Shown: positions 1 to 13,658 of the stretch, piece by piece | Position numbering within the stretch: the first letter of the stretch is position 1 | How the letters are laid out: every line of letters starts with the position of its first letter | Source of the DNA: Antedon mediterranea | Lineage: Eukaryota; Animalia; Echinodermata | Reading direction: 5' to 3' | Assembly: GCF_964355755.1 (NCBI RefSeq) | Contig: NC_092675.1 | Coordinates: 1,607,812-1,671,811 of the forward strand | Length of the DNA: 64,000 nt | Notes under the pieces: generated by a model | Database searches by the model: none | Told to the model about the DNA's origin: nothing | What the model saw: the letters and a program-made list of their open reading frames with translations, nothing else | Position numbers and translations under genes: made by a program

Positions 1-295
1 ATAATTTCCAAGCTCACTCCAATATTTGGTAAAAAAAATATTTATAGATTAGATTGAATATGACAACTTCAGTTAATGGAGTATTAAAATTAATATTAAA
101 TTGTTCGAATGATTATAATTAGTTAGGGTGTTTGTTGTACATGTTTCTGTTCCAATTACAATTTATAAAAAGGACTGCTTAAATTGAAGTGGAATGTTAC
201 ATAAAGTGAGAGGAAATTTCCCTGGTTCATCACACTTATTGGTGTTTTTTTTTTGTACTAGAAATGTATTCATGTTTAGAAAAGAATGCGTACTG

Positions 296-687
296 TATGT
301 TACACTATTTACAATATACATTTCTATGTTGTACATTACAATATACATTTTATGTTGTACATTACAACATACATTTCTATGTTGTACATTACAACATACA
401 TTTCTATGTTGTACATTACAACATACATTTCTATGTTGTACATTACAACATACATTTCTATGTTGTACATTACAACATACATTTCTATGTTGTACATTAC
501 AACATACATTTCTATGTTGTACATTACAACATACATTTCTATGTTGTACATTACAACATACATTTCTATGTTACACTATTTACAATATACATTTCTATGT
601 TGTACATTACAACATACATTTCTATGTTGTACATTACAACATACATTTCTATGTTGTAAATTACAACATACATTTCTATGTTGTACA
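296..687. repeat. 27-bp minisatellite (TACATTACAACATACATTTCTATGTTG), about 14 copies
   Basis: Directly visible; produces the repetitive ORFs at 194-762. Confidence 0.95.
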
Positions 688-2061
688 ATAGATGGCTCTA
701 ACAGTATTACATTACATATTACTGTACAGTTTTTACATCAAATAAAGGATTTCGTTTTGTAATGTATTTCAAAATTATTTAACACTTGTGTTTTCCAGTA
801 TTTAAAACATATTTTTTTCTGCCAAAATTGTGTTCAAAATTAAGTAGAATTACTACACTTCTTTTGCACCAATGTCACAAAAATAAGGCCACAGAATAAA
901 TTATTTAACAACTAAATTTTTGCACTGAAAAAATTGCAATTTCTTGGCACAGTTTGCACTAACCGTGGCCCAACTGTGTTGATGTATTGCCTTTTCAATG
1001 AGCGTGTTTATCTGTAAAACTGTTTAGCCTAGTGTTGATAACAAGATATCCAACAATATTATATGACATTATACTCTTAGAAACTAAGAAAATTAGCTGG
1101 GAAAATGAAATTTAGAAAGTTCAATACCTTTAAATTTGTATAATATTCATGTTATCAATTCAGAAATGTACACGTCCAGATTAATATTTACAGTATGCAA
1201 AAATAAGCATTTCATTCTAGAATAATTGGATAAATATTTTGAGGTTTATTTAAATTCAATAATTTAACCTTTTTCAAAACATCTAGGCTGTATCTAACCT
1301 TAATAACTAGACAGGATTTAGCACCCGCCACCCCACCTAAAATTTAACAGCCAAATAATGACTATTTTTATTTTTATGCAACCCGACAGATCGCTTTTAT
1401 CTTTAGCTCCCCCTAATCTATAACGCTGGATCCGCCCCTGCCAACATAACTTAACATTACAAGGACAGTTTATTGGCAAAAATATTATGATAAAACAACA
1501 AAGTTTTAGTCTAAATAAGGCATTTAATATTCTTAATTGTAAAAATAGATGTAAATCCCAGGGTCAATAATAAATATATAATAATTATATAATGTTTCTT
1601 AAACCTAATTCTATCCTGATGAAAAGTGACAGCAAGTAAAGATATGGAAGCAATACATCTCAAAATTAATTTATGGAAAGACTTAACATTTTCGCACAGA
1701 GGAAGCAATAACTTACAGAAAAAGATCTCTTCCATATGTGACCGTCCGATATCGTAATATTATGGTTATAAAAAGGTGGTTGGTTCATGCATTGGTTGAT
1801 AGATACGTTCAAGTACGTGGGAATATTTCGGTTTGTCAATTTACAGTTGGGTGGGTAGGAGTGGGAATTACAGAGTATTAAATGGTCCCTAAGGACTGTG
1901 GTAGGATGTACAACAGGCACTGTTTGTGCTGGCCTAGAATAACTTATTATTAATGTAATTTGTTGTTTCATATAGTTAAAACAGGCCAAGGTTTAAAAAA
2001 CTAGTTAAAAATAAACATTAGTAATTGGAATTAAAATTGAATGATGCAATTTGTATTGACT

Positions 2062-2256
2062 TGTGTGCACGTTAAAGAACCCAGTTTATTATTCGAGATA
2101 AGTAGGGGGTTACCCTGTAAACTGATTCACAAAATAGCCCCTGTATCAGGGGGATTACCACCTATCTGATAGGACAGTGATTCATTTACTATTGGTAAAC
2201 CTTGGCCACACCATAAATACATAAAATAAAATAAATAATAAATAAATAAAATAAAT
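2062..2256 (+). mobile_element. 5'-truncated copy of the Deu/Nin-like SINE
   Basis: GTGCACGTTAAAGAACCCAGT...GGGGGTTACCCTG...TTCACAAAATAGCCC matches 4846-4928; (TAAA)n tail. Confidence 0.65.
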
Positions 2257-2940
2257 GGCTAATGATGATGACCACACATCATACTTATTAAACATTTAAT
2301 TATTAATATTGTTAGTTTGAATATGGAAAAAATTTATGATTATTCTTTAATTCAGTTTATAAAAAAATAGTAAAGTAAATAAATAAAAATAAAATAAATG
2401 TTATCATTTATCAGTCATCTTGTTAGTTCTATAAACATATTTTAACCTTTCAATGATTGTATTGAGAAATGCGGGCAATAATATAAACATAAAAAAAAAT
2501 TTCTTTAGTATCAAATACCAAAAGGAAATTTGGTTGTGTTGTCAAAATGCTCTGTCACCTGCTGGTTTTAACCATAGTAAGAATCAATAACCTTTTTCTT
2601 ATTTATATTGCAATATAAACAGAAGAAATTTTGCAGAAAACTGGTGCAATTAATATTCATAATATTATTATATACAGTACGTATTAAACAATAGACAATG
2701 GTTTATGGTAAAAAAAATTCAAATGTAGAAAACACTGCTCAATATTATAATAACAATAAAATATCTATAAAATTACAATATATATCTATATAAATTACTG
2801 AAAAAATGACAATTCAGTGGCTGGATCTCAATGATACAAAATAAAATAAGCAAAAAGCTAAATCAAAATGAATCTATAGAAATTGCAATAAATATTTTAA
2901 AATTACTTGATACATAAAAGTTTGCTACCACCCATCCTAA

Positions 2941-3059
2941 AGTTCTGTTTACACTATCAAACTAGTTTGTGATTGTCCCAAATATGGTAGTGGACATCAT
3001 CATGTCCATATAGGCACATCACATTTTTTTATCACATCAAGTTTGATTTAGACAGAGCT
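2941..3059. mobile_element. MITE family A copy (TIR AGCTCTGTCTACACTATCAAAC; PIF/Harbinger-like)
   Basis: TIRs, TAA flanks on both sides, shared internal CATATCACTACCATATTTGGG-type subrepeat. Confidence 0.75.
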
Positions 3060-3109
3060 TAAAAAACCTCTGTATAATAACTTAATTATTTATTTTCCTT
3101 TTTTTCTAG

Positions 3110-6100
3110 AGTAATAGGGTAACATTAAAGATGGATGTATCTTATATGGAACATTCGCATGTGATCGGGAAGGGTGGCAATAACATCAAGTCGGTGATGA
3201 GGAACACTGGCTGTCATATCCACTTTCCCGATTCAAATCGTGGCAGCCAAGCTGAAAAAAGTAATCAAGTGTCGATTGCAGGCCAACCCACAGGTGTGGA
3301 GATGGCTCGAGCAAAAATTAGGGTAAGGGATAATAACTACTGTATACGTTTAGTGGTACAGTACATACAATATATTTGTAAACAGAAAGGGGTTGTATGA
3401 GGTTCAGGTCCAATGGGGTGCAGCCGGCCTGGGGGGCCATAAATTTCGCAAGTTGCAATGCAAAAGATAGGACATCAAATTAAGCTTAACCTTTCATTTC
3501 ACCATTTTTTAGGCCTTGGGCCCTCACATTTCAACATCCTAGATCTTCCACTGTGTTTTATACCTACCTGGTACTTTCTAGATTTATAGTTTCTTATGAA
3601 TGTCATTCGAAACATCTCCATTGACGTTGATTTATTTCTGTAGGTTATGACAATTTTAACAGATAAAAACCAACAAAAATAAATATACAAATTTGAAATA
3701 TTTGTAGTTTTGTATAAGACTGGTGTTTTTATGACAGGTGTTATGAATTGTAATGGGAAGGGAGTGTAAAATATGTGACAATGATAAAATGAACACTTGA
3801 TAAATATATCTGTGTTGGACTCTTTTAACACAACATTATTCAAGTTTAAGTGTGCACAAGAGAGGAACCAAACAATGAATTGTACTTAGTCCATTTTGTA
3901 TGAGCTAAAATATAGATTTACTTATTTACACATAGGACAAAAAAGATTTTAGATATAATTAAGATACTACAGTACTTGTAATTCAGATACAGTACTTGTA
4001 CTTCAGATACAGTACTTGTAATTCAGATACAGTACTAGTAATTCAGATACAGTAATTGTAATTCAGATACAGTACTTGTAATTTAGATACAGTACTTGTA
4101 ATTCAGATACAGTACTTGTAATTCAGATACAGTACTTGTAATTCAGATAACTGTTTTCCTCTATAGATTACATTGACAACCAAATGGAAAAAATTATTTT
4201 TAAGTTCACTTCTTCTACTAAATTTGAATGTGAGTTTTCTTTTATAAACCAAAAGTAGTACAGTATGACAATTTCTGTATTTATCTTTCAGGAATTATTA
4301 CCATTAGTTTTATCTTTTGAAGTACCAGTCACAAATTCACTGCATCCCATACCAGATATTAATTCACCAACTATCCAGCATATAGTTCAGAGACATAACA
4401 TAGCAGTCAATTTCAAACGTGTACGTGGTTATACGACGACAATCACAGTACGTGGCGCTATTGACAATATCATCGGCATCAAAGAAGCGACAGTTAGATT
4501 CATGGAACATCTTACTGGCAATTCCGGGGTAAGTTTTTCCGTAATCACCAGACAAATGCACAATTGAATAAAAATGGTTTAGACAGATTCTAGCCAATCA
4601 GATTAAGCCAAAAATAGCTGAAAAAGTAATATAGCCAACATAGTGTATGTAGATTTCATGGATGTAATTGTGCTGAGCAGAGGTTTAAATGGTGAGCGGT
4701 TAAGGTAGGTGCACCGTTTACTGTACCTAAAGAGCCGACAATATCGGCAAGGGTTCGAGGCCGACTCGCTCCTAGTACTGGTGGTGGAACAAGTCTTCTC
4801 AGATAAGAACTATAAACAGTAGGTCCAGCGTACACAGTTTGTCCATGTGCACTTTAACAAATCCAGTTCATTATTCGTAGGAGAAGATTAAGGGTTACTC
4901 TGGTAAACTGGTTCACAAATAGCCCTGTTTAGGAGGTTGATTAATTTCTTAATTAGGTAATTCTTGGTCATAAATAACTAAATACATAAAATAAAAAATA
5001 AATAACGACCAGCTACAGTACTTAACAAGACAAGAAAAACAACTTGGCGATAGTATAAATAGTGACATGTAAAGCAGAGTGTTTTGGAAACTCACTAATA
5101 TTAAAGTACCCTTGAAATGTCCAATATGCTTGTATATTTATTGAAATGTTAGCCTTTTATTAATGATTATTATATACGATGTATTACATCCTTTGAATGT
5201 TGTGTGGGAAAATAATCTATTAGGATGTTGAAATAAAAACTAATTAAACATTGTCATGAGAAAAATAAATAATGACCATAGTCCCATGATGTATTCACAG
5301 TGTGTATATAATAGCAATAGTTTGGAAGTTAATGTTTTAAATGGAGAGAAGACCTTTATCATGGTTGGATGGAAAACTGTTGACTGCCACTGCAGCAAGT
5401 GTAGAGCTCTCGATTTGTGCTGACTGACATGTTGATTTCGTGGTCATCATCTAGGCCTAGAAACCACCAAAATTGTGTCTAGTATTAGACACAGAATTAC
5501 TTAATTACTTACCACCATGCGCACATAAACTAACTTGTTCCTCGATCGTCGTTCATCACAAATCGAAAGCCACCTTTTGTCTTTATTATTATAGTAGTTG
5601 GTCTCAAGACAGACATAAGGAGGCTTTTGGTTTGTGATTATCGACGAATGAGGAACAAGTCAATTCATTGTGCACATGTATCTGTAATCTACTATAATAC
5701 AAATTTTGTTAATAACACTTTTTGTCTCCGTTAGGTCGTTCTGCCTGTCAGTACACAAATAGAAATAGCACCCCAACATCATTTGTTTATGATTGGTCGA
5801 GGTGGTGTAAACATTAAGCAGATTATGCAGGGTACAGGGGCCACGATACACTTTCCTGATCCAAGCTCTTCTCAAAGAAAGAGTACGGTCTTTGTATCTG
5901 GTCCTATTGATTCAGTCATCATTGCAAGACACTTGTTAATGGTAAGTTGTTTACTTCAAGTGCTCACAACTTAATTGAAATAGACTATATTTGCTATTAC
6001 TCGCAAAGATATGAGTGAGAATTGATTTCTGTTGGAATTGATAAATATTTTCCCTCTGGTATGTATACACCCACATGTCTCAGTTTCATTTTTTCCTATG

Positions 6101-9100
6101 TATATTTGAAAATGAAATGGGCTAGTGTTGCCCAAAAGCTCTGCCAATTTTTCTGGCTGTTTTACTTTTATCATTTTGATTTTGCTTTTTGCTTATTTTC
6201 TCCATTGAGATCTAGCCACTGATACCCACAGCAGTGTCATTTTTCAGTAATTTGCTATGTATATTTGAATATAATGTTTTGCACAGATGAATGTATTTAT
6301 CTTTATATTGTAGGGTTGTCTACCCTTGGTCTTAATGTTTGACATGAAAGAAGACATAGAGGTGGATTCAGCCAAATTGTCACAGTTGATGGAAACATTA
6401 GATGTGTTCATTAGTATTAAGCCTAAACCAAAACAACCAAGCAAGGTAAATAATAATAAGCGTATCTTACCATTCACGTGACTATCTCTGATTGGAGCTA
6501 ATTATTTTGACTATGCCATCTATTTCAAGTTTTGTAGTTTCGTAAGATTTCTTTAAATCCATAACTTGTTTTAAACCTGCAGAACATAAATTCTATACTC
6601 TCACTTGCACTGATGAAGGGCTAGTGTGGCCGAAAGCTCTGATTTCTGGCTGTTTTACTCACCATTTTTATAAGCATTTTGCTTATTTTATTTTGTATCT
6701 CCATTAAGATCCAGTCACAGCGTTTTATATCATATTTATCATAGATAATTTGATAGGTCTGCTCATTAATTTTAAAGAAGAAAGCATATGTGTTAAGAAA
6801 AGGCAAGCTTTTACTTTTTAAAGTTTTTTTTTCTGATTTATAACCTCTCCATTTTGTTTGTAGTCTGTAATTGTTAAAAGTATAGAAAGGAATGCTGGTA
6901 ACATGTACAAGACAAGAATGATTCTATTAGGCCAACAGTGCGAGCAGTGCTCATCAACGGTACATGCACCACCCCTCAATGCAAATGGATCAATCTCGGC
7001 ACCTTCCATTGGTCTCAATAACCTTAGTAAGTAACATTAACTATCAACTATAATAAACAGTTTAATAACACTGATCAGATAATATCAAACGCTTTAAGTT
7101 GTTTTTAATGTGAAAAAGGAACATATCTTTTGAATTATATAATATATGGGAAGGATGACAGTAAACAATTTAAAGAAAGAGCTTTATGCTGTGATGAAAT
7201 AAGTGGAGGTATCCAGTGCAATTACGTACCAGGAGGCAGCAGAAAACCAATGATGATGATGATAAATATATATGTACTAGGGTTGACTATTTGTACTGTC
7301 TTTTTTCAGGTATTTTGAGCCAGAATATGTTGAGTGTAAATAGTAACTTTATGTCCGTCAATGGAATGAGTGGCTCATCAGCACAGCTACCAACCAGCTC
7401 TGGACAAATTGGCATAGTACAACCAACAACCATCAACACATCTGGTATGTGTATTCAATTTAATACAGTATTTTCATCTAAAACAATGTTTGGTACAATG
7501 TGTGTTCCTTAAATGCTCCATATGAAAGTTAATTAAATAATATTTACATTTTTTGTCGACATGGCTGTGATATGTTTAATAGCGAACCAGACATTTTGTA
7601 CAGCTGCAAATATTGCAATGTTTAGTTCGGAAAAACTTTGTCATTTGCTACCCAAACAAGAAATGAGGGAATATTGGTGTTAAAGTGAAAATTCCTGGAT
7701 TTTATATTTATTATTTTTTTTTAAATAATTCAGTTGCTTTTTTGGTTAAGTAAAACATTTTATCATTTTGTTTTATCTTTTTAGGTGTTCGAAGATCAGT
7801 CACACCGGTCACACCCGTTATCGTTCCGCATCAAATCAATACAGTCCTAATAAACCCAGTGTCATTAGGCATGACATCAACCACAACAGCATCACATCAC
7901 ACACCATCCCCACCTCCAGGACTGACTAAGCCAGACCCTGTCATGGTGTCAAATCAGCTGGCACAGTTAGAAATGAGAGAAGGTCTGCGGCTGGATGAAC
8001 TTGATATTAAACAACAGGCTAACAATATGATGATGATGAAGAACCATCCGCAAAATAATGCATATATTCGTGTACCAACATCTAATGATATTGGTGGTAT
8101 GTTGAATCGTTAATTAATCTTTAGTAAAACAAATGTTTTCAGTTATTTTCCAAATATTTGTACATAAATTTGCTTTAGCTTGGTGGTGCTTGCCTTTCAA
8201 TCCTAAAGTCCAGGGTTCAATCCTGACCTAGTACCAGGGTTGTAACTCACTAATCTTTCAACTCCACTCCCTAAGCCTCAAATAAGGCGTATTTTATAAG
8301 CATGATAATAAAATTGTTTATCCATCCTGTAATTGCCGAGTTTGATTTTATAGTATTCATAATGCCATTTTCAAAATGTTTAATGTATAATTATTTGTAT
8401 GCAGGTTGTCATAGTAACACCAGTCAAAGTGCAAGTCCGACACAGAGTCCGCGTTCTAGTCCCACAGTACATATTCCAGCACTGTCTTCATCTAACACAT
8501 TAAATAGCCTTCATCACCATGGTAACTCGATGCACAACAATAACAACAACATAGAGCTTAGCATGAACGGGAATACCCACGCAAGACGAAACAGTCATTC
8601 TCTCGTTGACCTGCTCATGCAAAACAGTATATCGCCGAGCAATAGTGGAAACTTCTCAATGTTGGGAGGTGAAAATGCTTTATCATCAAGTCAGACACAA
8701 CAGTCGTTATCTGGTAGCATGAATAATGGCTCAATGTAAGTATAATCTATTTTTAAAGCCTTGTCTACACTATCAAACTTTATCTGACAACAAAATGTGC
8801 CCATATATGGACATGATGATGTCATATCACTACTATATTTGGGCGCATAAAACTTTTTTTAACAAAACTAGTTTAATAGACAGAGCATCATTTTATTGTT
8901 TAAGTGTTCACAGCTCCATTGATAAAACTTTACAAAAATAGAAATAAAACTCAAATTTGTTATTCAATGTTCTTGAATGTATATTTGTTTATAACTAGGC
9001 GTACTGAAAAATACTCTTCTGAGTCTGGTGGTGAGTCGGATGGCTCCGATAAACGAGCACCAGGATGTGAACGCAAGGAAAGAGAGCGTCAGATCCAGAA

Positions 9101-12100
9101 GGCTGGAGAGATGGAATGCCTCTCACCATTTCTTTTAAACTATGAACAGAAGAAAGTCCTGGCAACTAGAGGTAACAAAATTAATGAATTTTATGAAAAG
9201 AAGCACTATACTCTGCATAATTCAAAGTTTGTCTACTGTATGACCGAGTATAGTCCCAGGGGCCTGTTAATGAAATTAGGTGTAAATTAGGGAGTTTGAT
9301 TATATTTAACATGTGATTATACTATGATGATGATAATTATGTATTAAACCTTTAAAAGTTTAAAAAGAAAATCTGACTTAATCTTAAATTTGAGAATTAA
9401 TTTAAATTTCATAGCCTTCTAAATTGTAAATTTTGTTGATATTGGTAAATTCTGACATTAATTTGTACCTGCATTGTAAGCTTGTCATGACAGCATTTAC
9501 CAGAATAATTAAAACATTGGCTGGCTACAAACAGTTTCCATAGCATATGTAAATCATTACATTCTTGAATTAAATGAAGTTGAATTTATCATTGAATATC
9601 GGTAGTGAATTCACTGTAAAAACCAGTATTCAATTTGTCTGTAATTTAATTAATACCAATCGCAATTTATGGAAAATGATATCTAAATCATTGACATTGT
9701 TTAGACAGTGGTTGACAGATGCGATTACTAATTTCCGATTTTGTCTAGTTTTTTGTGGGAAAGTTTTCTGAACGCATTAATGGCGCAACATCTATTGAAC
9801 CAATATTACTTTATTGACACCGCCTGTAACAAGTGACATAAAACAGTACACGCAATTATTACTGAAATCAAACCTTTTATTAATATTAATAACTAACAAC
9901 TTTGGTTTTTAGAAAGTGTTCTTTTGGCAGCATTTGGTGACTTGTTTTGTTTCAATTATTTGGTATTTTTTCACTGGGAAATAAACCTATACTTTCTAAA
10001 CTAAGCCTTAAACTCTGTCTACACTAAACAAAATGTGCTGTGCCCATATATGGACATGGTGATGTCATATCACTACCATATTGAAGCATATCACTATCAT
10101 ATTTGGGCACAAGATTTGAACCAAAGCAATAAGCAAACAAGTTAGGCCACGATACTACATCATAACTAAAATATGTTTGAATATTGATTCTAATTAATAA
10201 GATGAAACAAGATAGACTATCAGATAAAAAAAACTGTTTTAATTGCTGGTCATTGTAAACTTTTAAATTTGTTTGAATTGGTCAGATGTTTGCCCTACTT
10301 TGGTGTAATTGTATTTGATACTAATACATTTGAAAATACTTGCAAAAAGAATTTGTGATTAATTTTTGATTAATTCTTAGGTGGGAACACCTGCAACCTC
10401 CAGATCACTATTCTGGCGTTCAAACCTCTAGACCGAGGTAGCACTGGTGGCTAGAATTAAATTGTTTTAATTACTGTATTACAAAATTACAATTTAAAAC
10501 ATCTTTATCATTTACTGTTACACTATTTTCAGTAAAATCATTTGTTTTAATTGTAGCTATGAAAAAGAAACCTGTAGTATCTGAAGTGAGGACACCAACA
10601 GCTACCTGGAGCGGCCTAGGATTTTCAAAGTCTATGCCAGAGTCAGCCATTAGGGAATTTCAAAAGACAAATGGCATGGCATTGTTTAAGTCTGGAAAAA
10701 AACTACCAACTACGTATGAAGTATGTACCTGCTACATTAGTTCCATTTCCAACATTAGTCAACTTTCATGCATAATGTGTGATTCTCGCGCATGCGGGTC
10801 AATTTTGTCATGCCTCGCGCGTACATGGCTATTTCTCATGCATCCATAAAATCATTATTTTGACACTTGCCTCTTTTGAAGGAAAATAGCCAAGGACTGC
10901 ACATTGTTTACATAATTAGCCTATGTTTATTGGTATTTTACAGTTAATGTACAGTAGTACAGGAAAGCCAACTCAATATATCGAAAAATAGAAGGCATAT
11001 TTCATGATTGTTTTGAGTTAAAATAACATAGAGGGATATTTCATGATTGTTTTGAGTTAAAATAACATAGAGGGTGCTACATATAATTTTAATTCAATAT
11101 CTTGTACATTGGCCACTGACAAAGTTGGCAGGTATACAATATTATTATAATTAAGATTTAGAATAATTTATGTAAGTTATTTCACACGCTATCACACAAA
11201 TCACAAACGCTGAACATCTTGCGACATAGCATAATTAACAAGACTTCTCCAATCAGAGCAGTTATTGGCAAGAGTGTGCATAGACTTATTTTTGTTACTA
11301 CCAATAGAAAATATACATAGCAGTAGCACTGTACATTCATGTGTAGTTTCCATGATTTGACATCAGAGGCGTACCAAGGTCCACTTTTTTAGGCCCTTAA
11401 GCCTGACATTTTTCTACATTTTCTTAGCTCCACTTCAACAATAGTAGTCCCGCATTTACAATTTTCGCAGCCCCCTTTCCCTCTAGACAGGAACCAGCCT
11501 ACGCCTCTGGAAATGCTATTTATTTGTAATTTAATCTTTTAGAGTAGGAGAGAGGAGGATGGAGAATGCCACCTGAATGATAGTGGAAGCAGTAGCGGTA
11601 GTGGTAGTAACTGCAGTAGTAGCATGTGGCCTCCAGATAGGTCATGTAGCCCAAGGTTGAATGATACTGGATATCCTAGCTACAGAAAACGTAAGTTGTG
11701 CTTTAACCAGGTTTTCTCAAACGGTCTTGTTTATTTATTGTCATTTGAATATTGATTTGATTGCATTGATATGAGTATGTGTAGAAGATGTACTTAGTTA
11801 GCAGAGCAATGATACGAGTAATTGAATAATAAGTAGAACATTTAGTATGTTAAGCTTTGTCTACACATCAAACATAGTGATATGCTTAAGTACGGTAGTG
11901 ATATGACATCATCATGTCCATATATGGGCACATTACATTTTTTTTTCACATAAAGTTTGACGGTGTAGACAGAGCTTAAGAAATGGCAAGTGGTGTATGA
12001 GGTACCGTAATTGAGAATTTGTTACCGTTCACAAAAGACCCTCATTGTTAATTTTAATCAAGCTATTAAGAAACTGACAATTTAATTGTCAGGACAATGT

Positions 12101-12742
12101 GTCAGGACAATGAATACAAAAAAAATGTAAACAAAATATTGTTGTTTTCAGACAATTTTAGTCAAAGTAATTACTTTGATGCAACATCACTTCCTAGGCC
12201 AACTAAAGGATTATGGCCTAGTTCAGCTAATAGCTCTATGCAGCTGGCAAATCCAGAGATGGCCGAGCTCTTCAGTAAACTGGGCCTAGCAAAATATATC
12301 GACATATTTCATCAACAAGAAATTGACCTTGCTACATTCATGACCTTAACCGATGGCGACCTAAAAGAACTTGGAATATCCACATTTGGGGCACGTCGAA
12401 AGATGCTACTTGCCATATCAGGTACAAATTTGTTTTATTTTATTTGGTGAGATGGTCTGTTTTGATTGAATATTGCCAGGCAAAGTACAGTATAGTATTT
12501 TTGTATTAATATAGTAAGTACTGTACTGTACTGAACTGTACTGTACTGTACAGTTTATAGAAATACGATAGAATTCAGTCCTGAACGGTATAATTAAAAC
12601 CATTCTAGCTATGTATGTACTGTAGTATTTCTTAATATATCATGCATTTTCTCTTCTCATTTCAGAGATCAAAGATAATTTAGAGAAAGTAACTGGCAAC
12701 AACCACTCATCTTTTTTAAATACAAGAACTGGAAAGTGGTGA
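3110..12742 (+). CDS. BICC1: Bicaudal-C homolog (KH + SAM RNA-binding protein), 3' portion; 5' exons lie upstream of the window
   Basis: Phase-consistent GT-AG exons: 3110-3322, 4292-4528, 5735-5941, 6314-6445, 6864-7026, 7310-7444, 7785-8096, 8405-8735, 8999-9171, 10557-10720, 11543-11690, 12152-12421, 12666-12742 (TGA). KH motifs (SNRVTLKMDVSYMEHSHVIGKGG, FMIGRGG), RTPTATWSGLGFSKSMP motif, SAM domain (LFSKLGLAKYIDIFHQQEIDLATFMTLTDGDLKELGISTFGARRKML) and C-terminal GKW, all typical of BicC. Confidence 0.95.
3968..4149. repeat. 20-bp minisatellite (ATTCAGATACAGTACTTGTA), about 9 copies
   Basis: Directly visible. Confidence 0.95.
4685..5005 (+). mobile_element. tRNA-derived SINE with Deu/Nin-like central domain, near full length
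   Basis: A-box-like GGTGAGCGGTTAAGG, B-box GGTTCGAGGCC, central GATAAGAACTATAAACAGTAGGTCC...GTGCACTTTAA...GGGTTACTCTGGT, A-rich tail. Confidence 0.7.
5533..5660. mobile_element. Hairpin MITE
   Basis: ACTTGTTCCTC...ATCACAAATCGAAAGCC pairs with GGCTTTTGGTTTGTGAT...GAGGAACAAGT. Confidence 0.6.
6118..6235 (+). mobile_element. Degenerate second copy of the hammerhead-bearing (Penelope-like) repeat
   Basis: GGGCTAGTGTTGCCCAAAAGCTCTG...TTTCTGGCTGTTTT...TCTCCATTGAGATCTAGCCAC aligns with 6618-6720; lacks CTGATGA. Confidence 0.55.
6604..6645 (+). ncRNA. Minimal type I hammerhead ribozyme motif (Penelope/retrozyme-like)
   Basis: TTGCA-CTGATGA(6610-6616)-A-GGGC TAGTGT GGCC-GAAA(6632-6635)-GCTC-TG: both catalytic boxes, stem II, a palindromic AGCT stem III and a UC cleavage site. 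Stem I is short in this copy. Confidence 0.6.
8757..8887. mobile_element. MITE family A copy
   Basis: TIR-like ends and the shared internal sequence GATGTGCCCATATATGGACATGATGATGTCATATCAC. Confidence 0.75.
10010..10110. mobile_element. MITE family A, truncated copy
   Basis: One TIR plus internal sequence. Confidence 0.65.
10997..11074. repeat. 39-bp perfect tandem duplication
   Basis: ATATTTCATGATTGTTTTGAGTTAAAATAACATAGAGGG twice. Confidence 0.9.
11364..11509. mobile_element. hAT-like MITE remnant
   Basis: TIR CAGAGGCGTA / TACGCCTCTG. Confidence 0.5.
11853..11976. mobile_element. MITE family A copy
   Basis: Both TIRs, flanks TTA/TAA. Confidence 0.8.
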
Positions 12743-13531
12743 GTGACAAGTTAAGAAAGGCTTTCGATTTAGACAACTCAAGTAATGAACAGTCCTAGCA
12801 AGCATGCAAGAATTTTGAATTGATGGTACAGTAGTAGGCATAAGATTGTATTTGGCGTATTCTAGAATGTCCATGCCTCAATCTTGGGGTAAACAATTGA
12901 GTCATGTGGGTCTGCAATTTAACTGTGTGTATATTGTGAAATATTTGGAATACTGTTTGTATGTGGAGGTAGCCAGATATCACACATAAATGAAATAAAG
13001 CTTTAATATTAGTTGTTGAATTTGAAGGAAAAGAACGATCAAAGTTTTAAAGAAATGGATGTTTTTGTGAGTATGAATTTTAAAACGAAAAGGTTTTGTT
13101 TGCGAATGCATTTTGAGTGGTAAATAGTGTATGTACAGTACATGCACATCCATGAAAAGTAGCTGGATTCAAAATTCATTTATGTAGACATTAAAGACAG
13201 TAGTATTCTACGCACAATGCACAAGCCGTTTTTTAAAAATGGTTGGTAAATTTGTGGTTAAATTTAATTGCAAGATTTATTTATTTTCTCAGAAATTGTG
13301 TTTTACACAAACTATTTTTCTACTGGTTATCTTAGAATATCTATATAAAAAAAAAAGAAAGTATATTAATATTGTGAATAACCATTTGACAAAAATGGTT
13401 TTTGTTTTTATTTATAATACAAAATGAATCAATGATTGTCAAACATGAAAAAAGAATAACACTAAAAACAAGTTCTTTTTTAATGTACATTTTATTGATC
13501 TAAATTTTAAAGTTTCGAAACAGATGACTTA

Positions 13532-13658
13532 AGCTCTATTTGCACTATCAAACCTTAAAATGTGATGTGCCCATATATGGACACGATGATGTTGTATCAC
13601 TACCATATTTGTGCATATCACACTTTTTTTCAAGCTATTTGATAGTGTAGACAGAGCT
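13532..13658. mobile_element. MITE family A copy (in the putative BicC 3' UTR)
   Basis: Both TIRs, flanks TTA/TAA. Confidence 0.8.

Noticed and set aside
194-762. Repetitive ORFs in several frames (CCTLQHTFL, YVVHYNIHF, MLYITTYIS)
   Set aside because: Translation of a 27-bp minisatellite in a BicC intron; no coding signal.
8170-8235. tRNA-like sequence with a B-box (similar traces at about 10380-10440 and 52205-52270 on the minus strand)
   Set aside because: No complete cloverleaf; most likely decayed SINE heads, not tRNA genes.
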